DNA of 64,000 nucleotides from the human T2T-CHM13v2.0 reference genome, Homo sapiens. The stretch lies in the NCBI RefSeq assembly GCF_009914755.1, contig NC_060936.1, one strand, 5' to 3'. The position numbers and the translations under genes were made by a program. The notes beneath the pieces were generated by a model. The model was given only the letters and a program-made list of their open reading frames with translations. It was not told the DNA's origin and did not search any database. Positions 38,984-50,197 of this stretch are shown piece by piece. Every line of letters begins with the position of its first letter. Position 1 is the first letter of the stretch.

Positions 38984-40839
38984 CATATACTATATTTTTC
39001 CAGTCTCTAGTTTTTCTATTTTATATGCTGACACTTTGTGGTACACGTGGATATAGTCAGTTTTATCAGTCTTTTTCATTAGGGTTTGTATTTTTTTATG
39101 TCTCATTTAAGAATTATTTTTTGTTAGTCTTATTTTCCCATGTGTTTAACTAATTGTCTCAGAAACATTTTTTAATTGTCAATTTTTTCTCATTGGACTG
39201 CATATTAATAATCTCTGTGTACTGTGTTTCTGTTTCTGAGCAATATAGCCTATTCTAATAATTTATTTGCCTTTCCCTTTGGCCAATTCCTCCCCAGTCT
39301 TAAATATCATTGTTTTTTATAAATCTTGATATCTTGAAAATCTCGAAAGCATGCATTTTTCAAAACGGTCTTGCCTATTCTTATTCCTTTGCTCTTACAT
39401 ATAAATTTCATAATCAGCTTTTTAAGTTACATTAAAAAGTTACATATGGAGATTTGTATTGGAATTGAACTTAGGGAATTATAAAAGACCACTGGCACCT
39501 TTATAATATTGAATCCTCCTATTCATAAACATGGTATATCTCTCCATTTATATAAATACAGTTCATATCTTTCAATGAAAACAAAAAGATGCTTCTTGTA
39601 AAGGTCATATATTGTTCTAGTCTTATCTCTAAGGACATAATTTTTGTTTCTCTTACTAATAGAATTTGTTCTAAAATTGCATTTTATTTTACTGTTTTTA
39701 TCGTTGCTGATACAAATGTATATTTTGTTGGTGTATCATAAAAGATAACCTTGTTTATTCTAAACAATTTGTTTATTAATTTTCCTGTATTGTCTGTAGT
39801 CAATAATACATACAAATTTTTTTCTACCTTTTCTATTCTTATATTTTGTATTGATTTCTCTTTGTCTTGACATGGTGATAAGCACCTATAACATGGTGGT
39901 TTATTTAAATGGTAGTGTTAAGCATCTTTATTTATTTTTGACTTTTAAATAATTTATCATTGCATACATGTTTTTCTACTTTTACTACATTTGTATGTAT
40001 TTACACACAATATTTAGTAATGATTTTTAAACTTTATATAAATGGTATCATACTCTGCATATTCTTTTGATAGTTTACTAGTAACTACAATATTTTCTGC
40101 TGTAGCTATTTGACTTTCTTTTATTCCTGTTTCTATGTTTTTTGCTTTTTAAAATATTTAAATCATAAATAGATGTTGATGTTTAAATAACCTTTTAAAA
40201 TAATCCCTTTAAAATATTTTTAATTTTTTTTAAAAAATATATTTTTGAACAGTCATATTATTCCGTTAGGCTTCTAGTATTTTTACTGTGGGTAGAGTAC
40301 TTTGTTATGTGTAACAATGAGTCTTGGATCTGGGGCATGGTAGGAGGCCAAGTGGAACCTCTGACCCAAGGCCCTGGGTCTGCTAGAACAGCTTCTCAAC
40401 CCTCCCCATTTGGGCTTGGATCCTTTGCACTTTAGACATGCTGATTTAGCCACATAAAGATGAAGCAACAACTCAATATGAGAATTTAAAGAGTAAATAA
40501 TGACCATATCACCTCTGACTAATAGTTAAAATTCCTAAATAAATTTTCAGTCTTTTTTTAATAGTTTCTGGATTTGAGATTTGTTACTCTGTTAACGGTC
40601 TGGTAACAGGAACTGTTAATTTCTTGTATTCTCTTGACTTGAATAGAGGTCACAGAGCCTGGGAAAAAATAGGTTAAGTAAAATGAACTTCTTTGTTTTC
40701 TTCATGAAGAGTCCAGAAAGCCTGAATTAGGATACAGAATTCAGGATGATTAAAAATTCCAGTTTAATTGAGCATTATTTTGGTCAATTACATGAATTGG
40801 GACATATGAGCACAACCTTCTCCTCCATAAAGGAATAAA

Positions 40840-41177
40840 AAAGAGTGAGCTACTGCTACTTGTAACAACACAGACACAACTTCCAGATTTAATGTTGAGA
40901 AAAGAAAAGAGGAGAAACAAATGAGTACATACTGAAGGCACTGTAGTATTCGTTATATTGAAGTTTCAGGAACAGGGAAAATTCGCTGATAAAACTCAGA
41001 GTAGTGGATACCTTTAGGGCTATTATGTGAAAGAGTAAATAAGGAAGTCTTCTGGAATTTGGGAAATGTTCTATATCTTGATATGCATGGTTGTTAACTC
41101 AGTAGATGAATGTGTCATAGACTGTGTACTAAAGATTTTTGTACTTTTTTGTATGCATGTACTATCTCAAAGAGAAT
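40840..41177 (+). mobile_element. L1ME-type 3' end
   Basis: gagtacatactg, ggaaatgttctatatcttgat, tgtatgcatgtactatctcaa. Confidence 0.7.
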
Positions 41178-41211
41178 ATAGCTAAAATAATAAGTTCAGA
41201 AGGGGCCTATG

Positions 41212-41213
<2 letters not shown>

Positions 41214-41266
<53 letters not shown>
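41214..41266. repeat. (CT)26 microsatellite at the Alu tail
   Basis: Perfect CT run next to the antisense Alu 3' end. Confidence 0.95.
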
Positions 41267-41268
<2 letters not shown>

Positions 41269-41286
41269 TCTTTCTCTCTGTCTCTC

Positions 41287-41564
41287 TTTGTTTGAGATGG
41301 AGTCTCACTTTGTTATCCAGGCTGGAGTGCGGTGGTGTGATGTTGGCTCGCTGCAACCTCCGCCTCCTGGGTTCAAGCAATTCTCCTGCTTCAGCCTCCC
41401 AAGTACAAGTGTGCGCCAGCACGCCCAGCTAATTTTTTGTATTTTTAGTAGGGACGGGGCTTCACTGTGTTAGCCAGGATGGTCTTGATCTCCTGACCTT
41501 GTGATCTGCCCCTCTCAGCCTCCCAAGGTGCTGGGATTACAGGTGTGACCCACTGCACCCGACC
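41287..41564 (-). mobile_element. AluSc-like
   Basis: gagatggagtctcac...gcaacctccgcc...ttagccaggatggtcttgatc...cactgcacccgacc. Confidence 0.9.
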
Positions 41565-42306
41565 TATGGCCTTTCTAAACTATAAATGTATTTTTGCTAG
41601 AATGAGACAATTTTGGCATAACCTTTTCAGCCTTATAGGCAATGATTGGTGTGCGTGTGTGTGTGTGTATGCTTGTAGAACATGGGGATAAAAAGGCCTA
41701 ACTTGTCTGGTTGAGTGGGGATACAACGTGAAGCCTTCAGAGAGGAAATGAGTTGAGGAGACTTTTTAAGCATGAAGTAGGAAATTTCCAAGTGGATTGT
41801 GTGGCATACATGGATCTATAAATGTCCAAGATGTGAAATGACAAGTTATATTTAGGTATTATAACTTGTTTTGTATAGCTACAATAAAATAGCAGCTGGG
41901 AAGTTAAAAAAATAGAATGGGTAGAGTGTTGAATATCATGCTAAGAAATTTTGATTTTTGTTTTCTTTTGGGCTCCAGGTATTAGAGAACCATTGATGAA
42001 TTTTAATTAAGTGGTATGATTAAGTTTGCTACGTGGATAGGATTAAGAGCTAGTTTTGAAAATAGTACCTAAGGCAATTTGAGTCTTTTCAAGAGGCCTG
42101 TCTTTGGTACTTTTCTCAACCCATGTAACTTCTATGCATGATCTCCTTTTGAGACTGATGACTCACAAATCTAAATCTCTACTCCAAACTTCTTTCCTGT
42201 TTCTTTAAACTTCTTCAGAGAATTAATTGCTTCTCTATCCATGGATGTGAATTTGGATCATACAATTGTGTTTCATTCACTTTTACATAGTGTAAGATTT
42301 ATGATT

Positions 42307-42597
42307 GGCTGGGCCCGGTGGCTCACGTCTGTAATCCCAGCTCTTTGGGAGGCTGAGGTGGGCGGATCACGAGGTCAGGAGATCGAGACCATCTGGCTAA
42401 CAGGGTGAAACCCCGTGTCTGCTAAAAATACAGAAAATTAGCCGGGAGTGGTGGCGGGCGCCTGTAGTCCCGGCTACTCTGGAGGCTGAGGCAGAAGAAT
42501 GGCGTGAACCCAGGAGGCGGAGCTTGCAGTGAGCCGCGATTGCACTACTGCAATCCAGCATGGGAGACAGAGCGAGACTCCATCTCAAAAAAAAAAA
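42307..42597 (+). mobile_element. AluY
   Basis: gagatcgagaccatc, ggctaaca, gaatggcgtgaac, ggagcttgcagtg; exact TSD aagatttatgatt (42294-42306 / 42598-42610). Confidence 0.95.
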
Positions 42598-44162
42598 AAG
42601 ATTTATGATTACTGTCTCACTGTCGGTCACAAAACAGGTTTCAATTCAGAATTTGAACATTTTTTTCAATATATCTGTAAACACATCTTTATTCAAAAAC
42701 TTCTTCCTCTTTACACAAACCAAGACCAAAGACTAATGCCCTTTGCTACCACACTTCTGCTATTTGGAAAGGTCTTTCTCCTTTCACCTCCTCCCCACTC
42801 AATAGGGCGTTTGCAGGGTAGGTGAGGAAAAGAGGAGAGGTAAGAAAGTCTTAATGTTGTAAGATGGCTCATTGACTGTAGGCCAGGGAGATGTTTAAAA
42901 CTGACTTTCCTGGTTATCTGTCTGAGAATTTTGAAAACTTACTGCTAGACCTCCCTCACTTCATCTCCCTTGAACTGGATAGTAGCCTCTCTTTAAGCCA
43001 AATATTCTGGATGTCTCCTCAGCTCCTCCTTCCAGCTATAGTTCCCACAGCTTCCTCCTTCAGGAGTTCCCTTACCCTGGCTAATTACCCTTTTGAGCAG
43101 GATCGCTTTTACTAAATGAGTTCAGGAAAATATTTTTACCACACATTCTTTATCAGGTCCCTAAGATGTGCACATTTTGATTCACGATCAGAGAAGACTG
43201 CAAGTTACTTCTCAGGTGTGTCATTGCCCTGTGGCCACAGGCCACTTCACCTTGCCTGGGTACTAGGTTTCTGTGTCCCCTCAACTGCAGAAAATATCCA
43301 TCAATCTGTCTGAGTGGTCCCTGTAAAATCCCTGTCAGAGACTGAAGATCACTCTGTAAGTAATCTTCACAAATCCTTTCAAAATCTCACTGAAAACATT
43401 TATCCTTTATCTGATGAGAGACTCCTGGGTGAGTCTGAGCAGTATGGAAACATTCTTTTAAGCTATAAAAACATGAAACTATTTATACTTATACATAAAG
43501 TCACTGGATTTCCCTACCAAACCCAACCACTGTATTATATTGAATAAAAGTGGTAGACAATTAATACTACGTATTGACAATTACCTTCGTGTGAGCGAAC
43601 AACTTTTCAATATCTTCATGTACATTCCAGCAGCTTTGTAGTTTTATCATAAATCATTTTTATTCTGCAAAAATAAGGATAAGTCATCTTAAATTATTAA
43701 TTTAAAATGAATTGAAATCATATTGAAATTAATTTTTATGTGCATAATTGTCCATAATTTATTCTGTCCACATGAAATTGCCTTTTATCATTGGTGTAAA
43801 CTCATTTGTATTCTAAGGTTTTGATATTTGACAGAGTGAAAAAGAATATGCTGGTGCTCCTTTGTTTTCATTACATCTGACTCCCTGCTGGACTGTAAAC
43901 TGTATAAAGACAAGGATGAGTATTTAAAATCTGATGATTTGGGGCCTGCACTGTGCTGCACACACATTAGGCACACAGTGCTTTTTGTCTTCCATACGTA
44001 TTTTTCTACTATGAGGAAGGTATTAGGTAAGGTAGATAAATTTGAATAATTTAGAACATTAGTAATGCTTTTGGAAAAATTATTTCATGCTAATATAAAA
44101 TAATGTGTATGGAAAATATGGTTGACAGACTGTAATGCCTTACTACTATAAAGAGAGAGGGA

Positions 44163-44616
<454 letters not shown>

Positions 44617-45462
44617 TTAATCAGTCTAACTTTTTTTTTATTGTTGCTTATTGGAGAGACCATTTATGGGAACACTAAACACATAGACGTGTCTAAGTTT
44701 TTTCTTAGCTTTTTTCTAATCATGAAGCATACTTTACATAGAGAAAACCATACGAAATTTTAATTTACAGCTCAGTGAACTGTTACAAGGCCAATATTAA
44801 TGTATCGCCCACCCAAATAAAAAAAATGAACATGGGTAACACTGTAATCAAATTGCAATTAAAACATCATTCCCTCCCACTCACCGAAGGTCACCAGTAT
44901 CCTGACTTCTAACACCATTGGGTTTTGCCAGTTTTTGGAACTTCACATAAATGGAATCATGTAGTATATATATTTCTTTTGCTTTGGTTTTGGCTTCCTT
45001 AATATTTGCAAGATTCATACATATTGGTGAGTGTCCATAGTTTGTTAATATTAATTAATGTACAATTGTCTGTTGCATAAGCGTACCATAAGTTATTTAT
45101 CTATTCTAATGTTGGTGAACTTTGTTTCCAGATTGTTTTGAATTTTTTTATGGTTATGTTGAAAGTACTTTGCTGTTGTGTCTCTTGATGCACATATGCA
45201 TATATTTCTGAAGAGTACATACCTAGGAATATTATTGCTGGGTTATAAAGTATGTGTATCTTTAAACTTAATAGGTAATACTAAACATTTTCCCAAAATA
45301 GTTATACTAATTTACATTTTGACCAGCAGTGTTCTTGTTGTTTTATGTCTTTGCTAACAGTTGATAGTGTCATTCTTTTTATTAACTTAGGTAGATGAGA
45401 TGTTATATCTCATGTAGTTTTGATTAGCATTGTACTGATTACTAATAAGAGTATTCATTTTT

Positions 45463-45750
45463 TTTATTTTTGAGACGGAGTCTCGCTCTGTAGCCCAGGC
45501 TGGAGTGCAGTGGCACGATCTCCACTCACTGCAAGCTCGCCTCCCGGGTTCACGCCATTCTCCTGCCTCAGCCTCCCAAGTAGCTGGGACTACCGGCGCC
45601 CGCTACTACACCCGGCTAATTTTTGTATTTTTAGTAGAGACGGGGTTTCACCGTGTTAGCCAGGATGGTCTCGATCTCCTGACCTAGTGATCCGCCTGCC
45701 TCAGCCTCCCAAAGTGCTGGGATTACAGGCGTGAGCCACCGCGCCCAGAC
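45463..45750 (-). mobile_element. AluY
   Basis: gcaagctc, ttcacgccattc, gttagccaggatggtctcgatc; exact 16-bp TSD aagagtattcattttt (45447 / 45751). Confidence 0.95.
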
Positions 45751-45794
45751 AAGAGTATTCATTTTTACATGTATCTATGGGCCATTTGTCCATC

Positions 45795-46200
45795 CTTTTT
45801 TAACTTTTCATGTTTAAATTATTTAAATCATTTTAGAGTCACAGGAAGTGTCAAGATAAGCCAAAAAAGGACAGGGAAGTTCTGTGTACCCATTACTTAG
45901 TTTACTACAGCGTTAGCATCTTGCATAACTATAGTATAAGATAAAAACTAGGAAGTTGGCATTGGTACAGTCCACAGAGTGAGCAGATTCATATTTCACC
46001 AGTTTTATAGATACTGAATTGTATATGTGTATTGTCTATGCAACTTAATCACATAAGTAGACTCATGTAACCACCCTTACAATCAAGATACAATGCTGTT
46101 CCGTACCATAAGGCTCCTATTTCCTGCCTCTTTTGGACACATCTCACCCTCATCCCTAAGCCATGGCAACCATTAATCTGTTTTTCATCTATATTATTAT
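45795..46200 (-). mobile_element. L1MC-type 3' end
   Basis: catcttgcataactatagta, aaaactaggaagttggcattggtaca, catggcaaccattaatctg. Confidence 0.7.
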
Positions 46201-47924
46201 TTTTGGAAACATCTATTCAGATATTTTTGTCTATTGTATTTTTATTATTGACTTTTAGATGTTTTTATATGTAATTATATATATAACAAGTGACTTTTCC
46301 TAGTCCATGAGTTGAATTATATTTTCTTATTGGTGTTTTATGATTAATAAAAGTTTTTGATATTGATATAGTTATTATTTTTCTTCGTGTTCAGTGCTTT
46401 TGAACTCTTGAGAAATTTTCCCCTACCCTCAGTTAATGAAGGCATTTTCCAAGAAGCTTTATTTTTTGTCAGATTTATATCAGCAGTCCACCTGAAATTG
46501 TTAGTATGAAGTAAAAGTCGGGTTTAACTTTTTTCTATATGGCTATCCAACTGACCTGGCATTCTTTTTTGAAACTACTTTTTCTCCGTGGTTTTGCAGT
46601 TCAACCTTTATGTCAAATAAAGTGGTCATATCTGTTAAAGCCTGGTTCGGGGATTTCTATGTTCCACTGGTTGATTTTTCTACCCTTGTTATTATCATTT
46701 TATTTACTGTTGATTTAAAATATGCCTTAACATCCAGTAGAGCAAATAGTTTCAACTTGTTCTTCTTCATCAGTGTCTTGGATTTTCTTGATTGTTTGCA
46801 TTTCCATATACCTTTTAGACCTTTTAGAAGCATCTTCTAAAGTTATAAAGAAAAACTGGGGATTTTGATTAGGTATTGCATTGAATGCAATAAATATTTT
46901 AGGTATGAGTTGTTTCTACATTATTGAGTCTTATTTCTGAATTTCTGAATATGGCACAGCCCTCTATTTATTTAAATCTCTATTTTCTTTTGATGCTGTT
47001 TTATTGCTTTATCATAAAGTTTTTACAGTCTCTTGTGAGATTTATTCCAGGGCATTTGATATTTTTAATGCTATTATAAATAGTATATTTTCAATCTTTC
47101 ATTTTCTAAATGTTTGTTGATATTATAAAGAAATATAAAGGATTTTTATATATTGACTTTGTATACAGAAACTTACTAAACTCACTTATTGATCCTAGTA
47201 ATTTATCTCTTGATTCTTTAATATATTCTGTATATATTACCATAACATTTTCAAATAACAATTTTATTTCTTTCTTTTTAGTGTTTATACTGCTTGTTTG
47301 CTCTCCCCATCTCCCTCCTCTCCCTCCCTTGTCTCATATTTTCTTGTCTTACTGCATGGTTAGACTTTAAGTACAGTGTTAAATAGAAGTCATATTAGTA
47401 GCCACTTGTGTGTTGTTTTTGATCATATGAAAAGTTTTTAACTTTTCACCAATATGTTTAATGTTTGCAGTAGTTGTTTTTTGGTGAATACACTTTATCA
47501 GATAAAGGAAGATTATGAAAGTCCCCTTCTACTCCTCATTTGCCAAGATAAATTTTAGGTCATGAGTCAGTGTTTAATTTATCAAATTATATGTCTACAC
47601 CCATAGAGATGGGCATATAATTTTTCTTGTTTTGTAAATGTGGTGAGTTACACTGATTTATTTTTAAATCTTAAGCCAACCTTTATTCCTGGGATAGTAT
47701 CAACTTGGAATTGATGTATAATTCATTTTATACATTCCTGGATTCAGTTTGCTAATGTTTAGGATTTTTGCATCTATGAACATCAGTGAGATTATCTTAT
47801 AATGTCCTGGACTTTAGCAAGCATTTTTTGTTTTACCATGTCTTTCTTCTTCTCTTGTTCAAAGTGTGTCTCTCATGAGTTTGCTGTGTTAGGTAATGTT
47901 CCTGCACCCTTAAACCACACACTC

Positions 47925-48280
47925 AAACTCATTTTCAGTCAATTACCATTTCTGTCAACTCTGCCTCTTACATGATATATCACTCAGTTTTGTCATTCTT
48001 CCCACCTCGTCGGCTCCTACACTAGTTCAGGATGCTATTGTATGTTTCTCGGATTGCTCTAACAATGCCTATAAGGTTTTTCTGGCACAAGTTTGGCTCC
48101 CTTCTATTTTCTGTATGACAGTTCAGGTGAACTGTTAAAATCACAAACCCTATTATAGTGCATGCCTTCTTACAATTTTGCAGTGACTCCTCATTGGATT
48201 TCTTTCAGCTCCTCAAATTGATCATGTTCTCTTATGCCAAAGCCCTTGTCCATGTTGTTTACTGTGCTGAAAACTTTCAC
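47925..48280 (+). mobile_element. L2 fragment
   Basis: Pyrimidine-rich L2 motifs (ctagttcagg, cagtgactcctcattg, catgttgtttactgtgctgaaa). Confidence 0.55.
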
Positions 48281-48519
48281 AGTAGTGCACAAACTAAAAT
48301 ATCTGCATGACAGAGCAGCGTTGTTGAAGACAGAACAGGGATTGGCAAAATGATGCCAGATAAGAAAAAAAAAAACGTATAGAGAAGTGCAAAGGGCAAT
48401 TTAGAAGCTGATTTTTCATACTCACTAACATTTAATTTACTGTTGACTTAAAGTATGTTTATCAGTTGTTTTATGCTTATCATGGCATGTGTTGAGGGAC
48501 CTGGAGGCGAATTCTTAAA

Positions 48520-48895
48520 GGGAGCAAGTTGTGCTTGACCCCTGTGCTCAGTGCTGGACAGCACAGTTTATGGGCCTCATACAAAGTGCAACCTCTTCTG
48601 AAGGAAGTAATCATGGTGGTAAGGAATTTTTGGGGTGCTAGGGATGGTTAACCTGGCTAAGGAGATATTGAAGAACTGTCATATAAAACAAACATATTTT
48701 GTGCACATTGATGACTATGAAGATTATGAATAATTACAAATGGACAGAAGTATAGAAATACAGATTTTGTCTCCAAATTAACAAGAACTATCTAAAGATT
48801 AAAACTGCCTCAATATGAAAAGGGCTGCCTCCTGAGATGATAGGTTTCTTCAGGAAGTAGTTGGTCAATTATAAAGGGAATTTATATATTGAGGC
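48520..48895 (+). mobile_element. L3/CR1-like fragment
   Basis: gggatggttaacctgg, aaatggacagaagtataga, gggctgcctcctgagatgataggtttc. Confidence 0.5.
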
Positions 48896-49289
48896 AGTGG
48901 TGCCAAAGCACAGTATCTGGGGCTTCCAGTAGTTTTGGAAGCCTCCTATGTGAGTCTAATGTGCAGAAAAGTTTAGGAAGTCCTGCATTAAGGGGAGATT
49001 TCAACAGTGGTTTTTCTATATCACAAGTATCTAAAAGAGATGAAAAGAATACAGATGTCCAAGCACTTCTCTATAGCTTCTAAATTAGCAGAGATAAGGG
49101 CGCACCCCAGGAATCTATATGTTTATGATTATTCTCAGGTGATTCTATTATCTAGCTGGCCTTGGAAACCACTGGATTATATGATCCCTTTAAGAAGAAG
49201 TACTGTGCATAGTGTATCTGTAACCCAGTAAGGCACTTGACAGATTTGTTTATGTTATCCTTGTGGGACAAAATACGTAATATGAGTCA

Positions 49290-49505
49290 AGAAGAGTACA
49301 ACTAGGAGAAATAATGGGTTTTGACGTCAAAGCAATCTGAATTCTAATTCTAGTTCTGTTACTTATGAGACTTACGAAAATTTACCCTCTCAATCTTAAT
49401 TATGTCATCTTAAAATGGAATGATAATAACCATTTTACAGATCTTTTTTGAAGTCTAAATAAAATTATCTATGAAAGTTATCAAACTACAACATAATATC
49501 TGGCC
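49290..49505 (+). mobile_element. MIR
   Basis: ctgaattctaattctagttctgttactta...catcttaaaatggaatgataataac. Confidence 0.7.
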
Positions 49506-49789
49506 ATATTGGTCCCTCTTCTAAAATTCTGTGGTTCTATAAATGCAGAAATTCAAGAGTGGAACAGTAAAGCATACATACATGTTTGATGAGTAGTTGT
49601 GTCTTCTTTGTTACTTTTTAGCTTGGTGTTTTAAAGGCCATAAGGGTGAAGAATAATGCCATTATTTTTAAGTCAAATATTGTTTATGCCTAAAATATTT
49701 TGAAATTTTCAAATAATAATTTATTTTACTAATTGTAACAAAAAATGGTGAAAGAGAATTAACTATGTGCTTATTTTTTTAAATCACAG

Positions 49790-50197
49790 GTTTACAGGAA
49801 ATCTGTCATTTTTTATTAAAATGGAAAACTGTGAAGAAAGAAAAAGATAGCAGTTGAAGTCAAAATTCTCGGATGACTATTTTGCTTTTGAGGAGTCAGC
49901 ATTTAAAAACGATATGCTGATTTGGAAGGTCCTGGGAGTAAACTGCAAACTTTATTTTTTCCATTCAATCAATGGATTTTTTAATCATTCCTTGGAGTCG
50001 ATGAAGTTCGGAAACGGTGTGTGATGGGGAACGTGGCGGGCCAGTGTGTTCCTAGAAATTGCATCTTGGATTAGTTTGCTGCTTTTTTGAAGAGATTCCA
50101 TTTTGAAGGGCAAGAACCTAATGTGATGGATTTATCTTCAGAAATGAACAGACATGGGAAGAATCCAGTGAGTCACAAGCTAGAAGATCAGAAGAAG
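49790..50197 (+). other. 408-nt exon: 5' UTR plus start of CDS of an unnamed host gene
   Basis: Branch-like ttaac 49759-49763, T tract, cacag| acceptor at 49789; donor aag|gtaaaa at 50198; non-repetitive, with several retained CpGs in otherwise CpG-poor DNA. Confidence 0.7.
50126..50197 (+). CDS. Probable first coding segment MDLSSEMNRHGKNPVSHKLEDQKK (phase-0 donor); protein not recognised
   Basis: gtgATGG strong Kozak context; 24 open codons ending exactly at the donor; too short for the ORF track. Confidence 0.65.

Larger units (their letters stand above)
36000..40250 (-). mobile_element. Fragmented L1ME-type element (host of MSTA and MER52)
   Basis: T-rich antisense L1 motifs: ctacaatgaacattctc, ttttcatgtgcttattggccatc, ttgaatcctcctattcataaacatggtatatctctccattta. 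Confidence 0.65.
44690..47810 (-). mobile_element. Old L1ME-type element, interrupted by AluY and an L1MC 3' end
   Basis: ataaatggaatcatgtagtat, acatacctaggaatattattgctggg, gtattgcattgaat, ctggattcagtttgctaat, gatttttgcatctatg. Confidence 0.75.

Noticed and set aside
42660-43550. Possible ancient LTR or exon
   Set aside because: Could not assign a family or splice structure by eye
50126-50197. Assigning a gene symbol
   Set aside because: I cannot reliably match the 24-aa peptide to a named protein; BLASTP or BLAT would settle it
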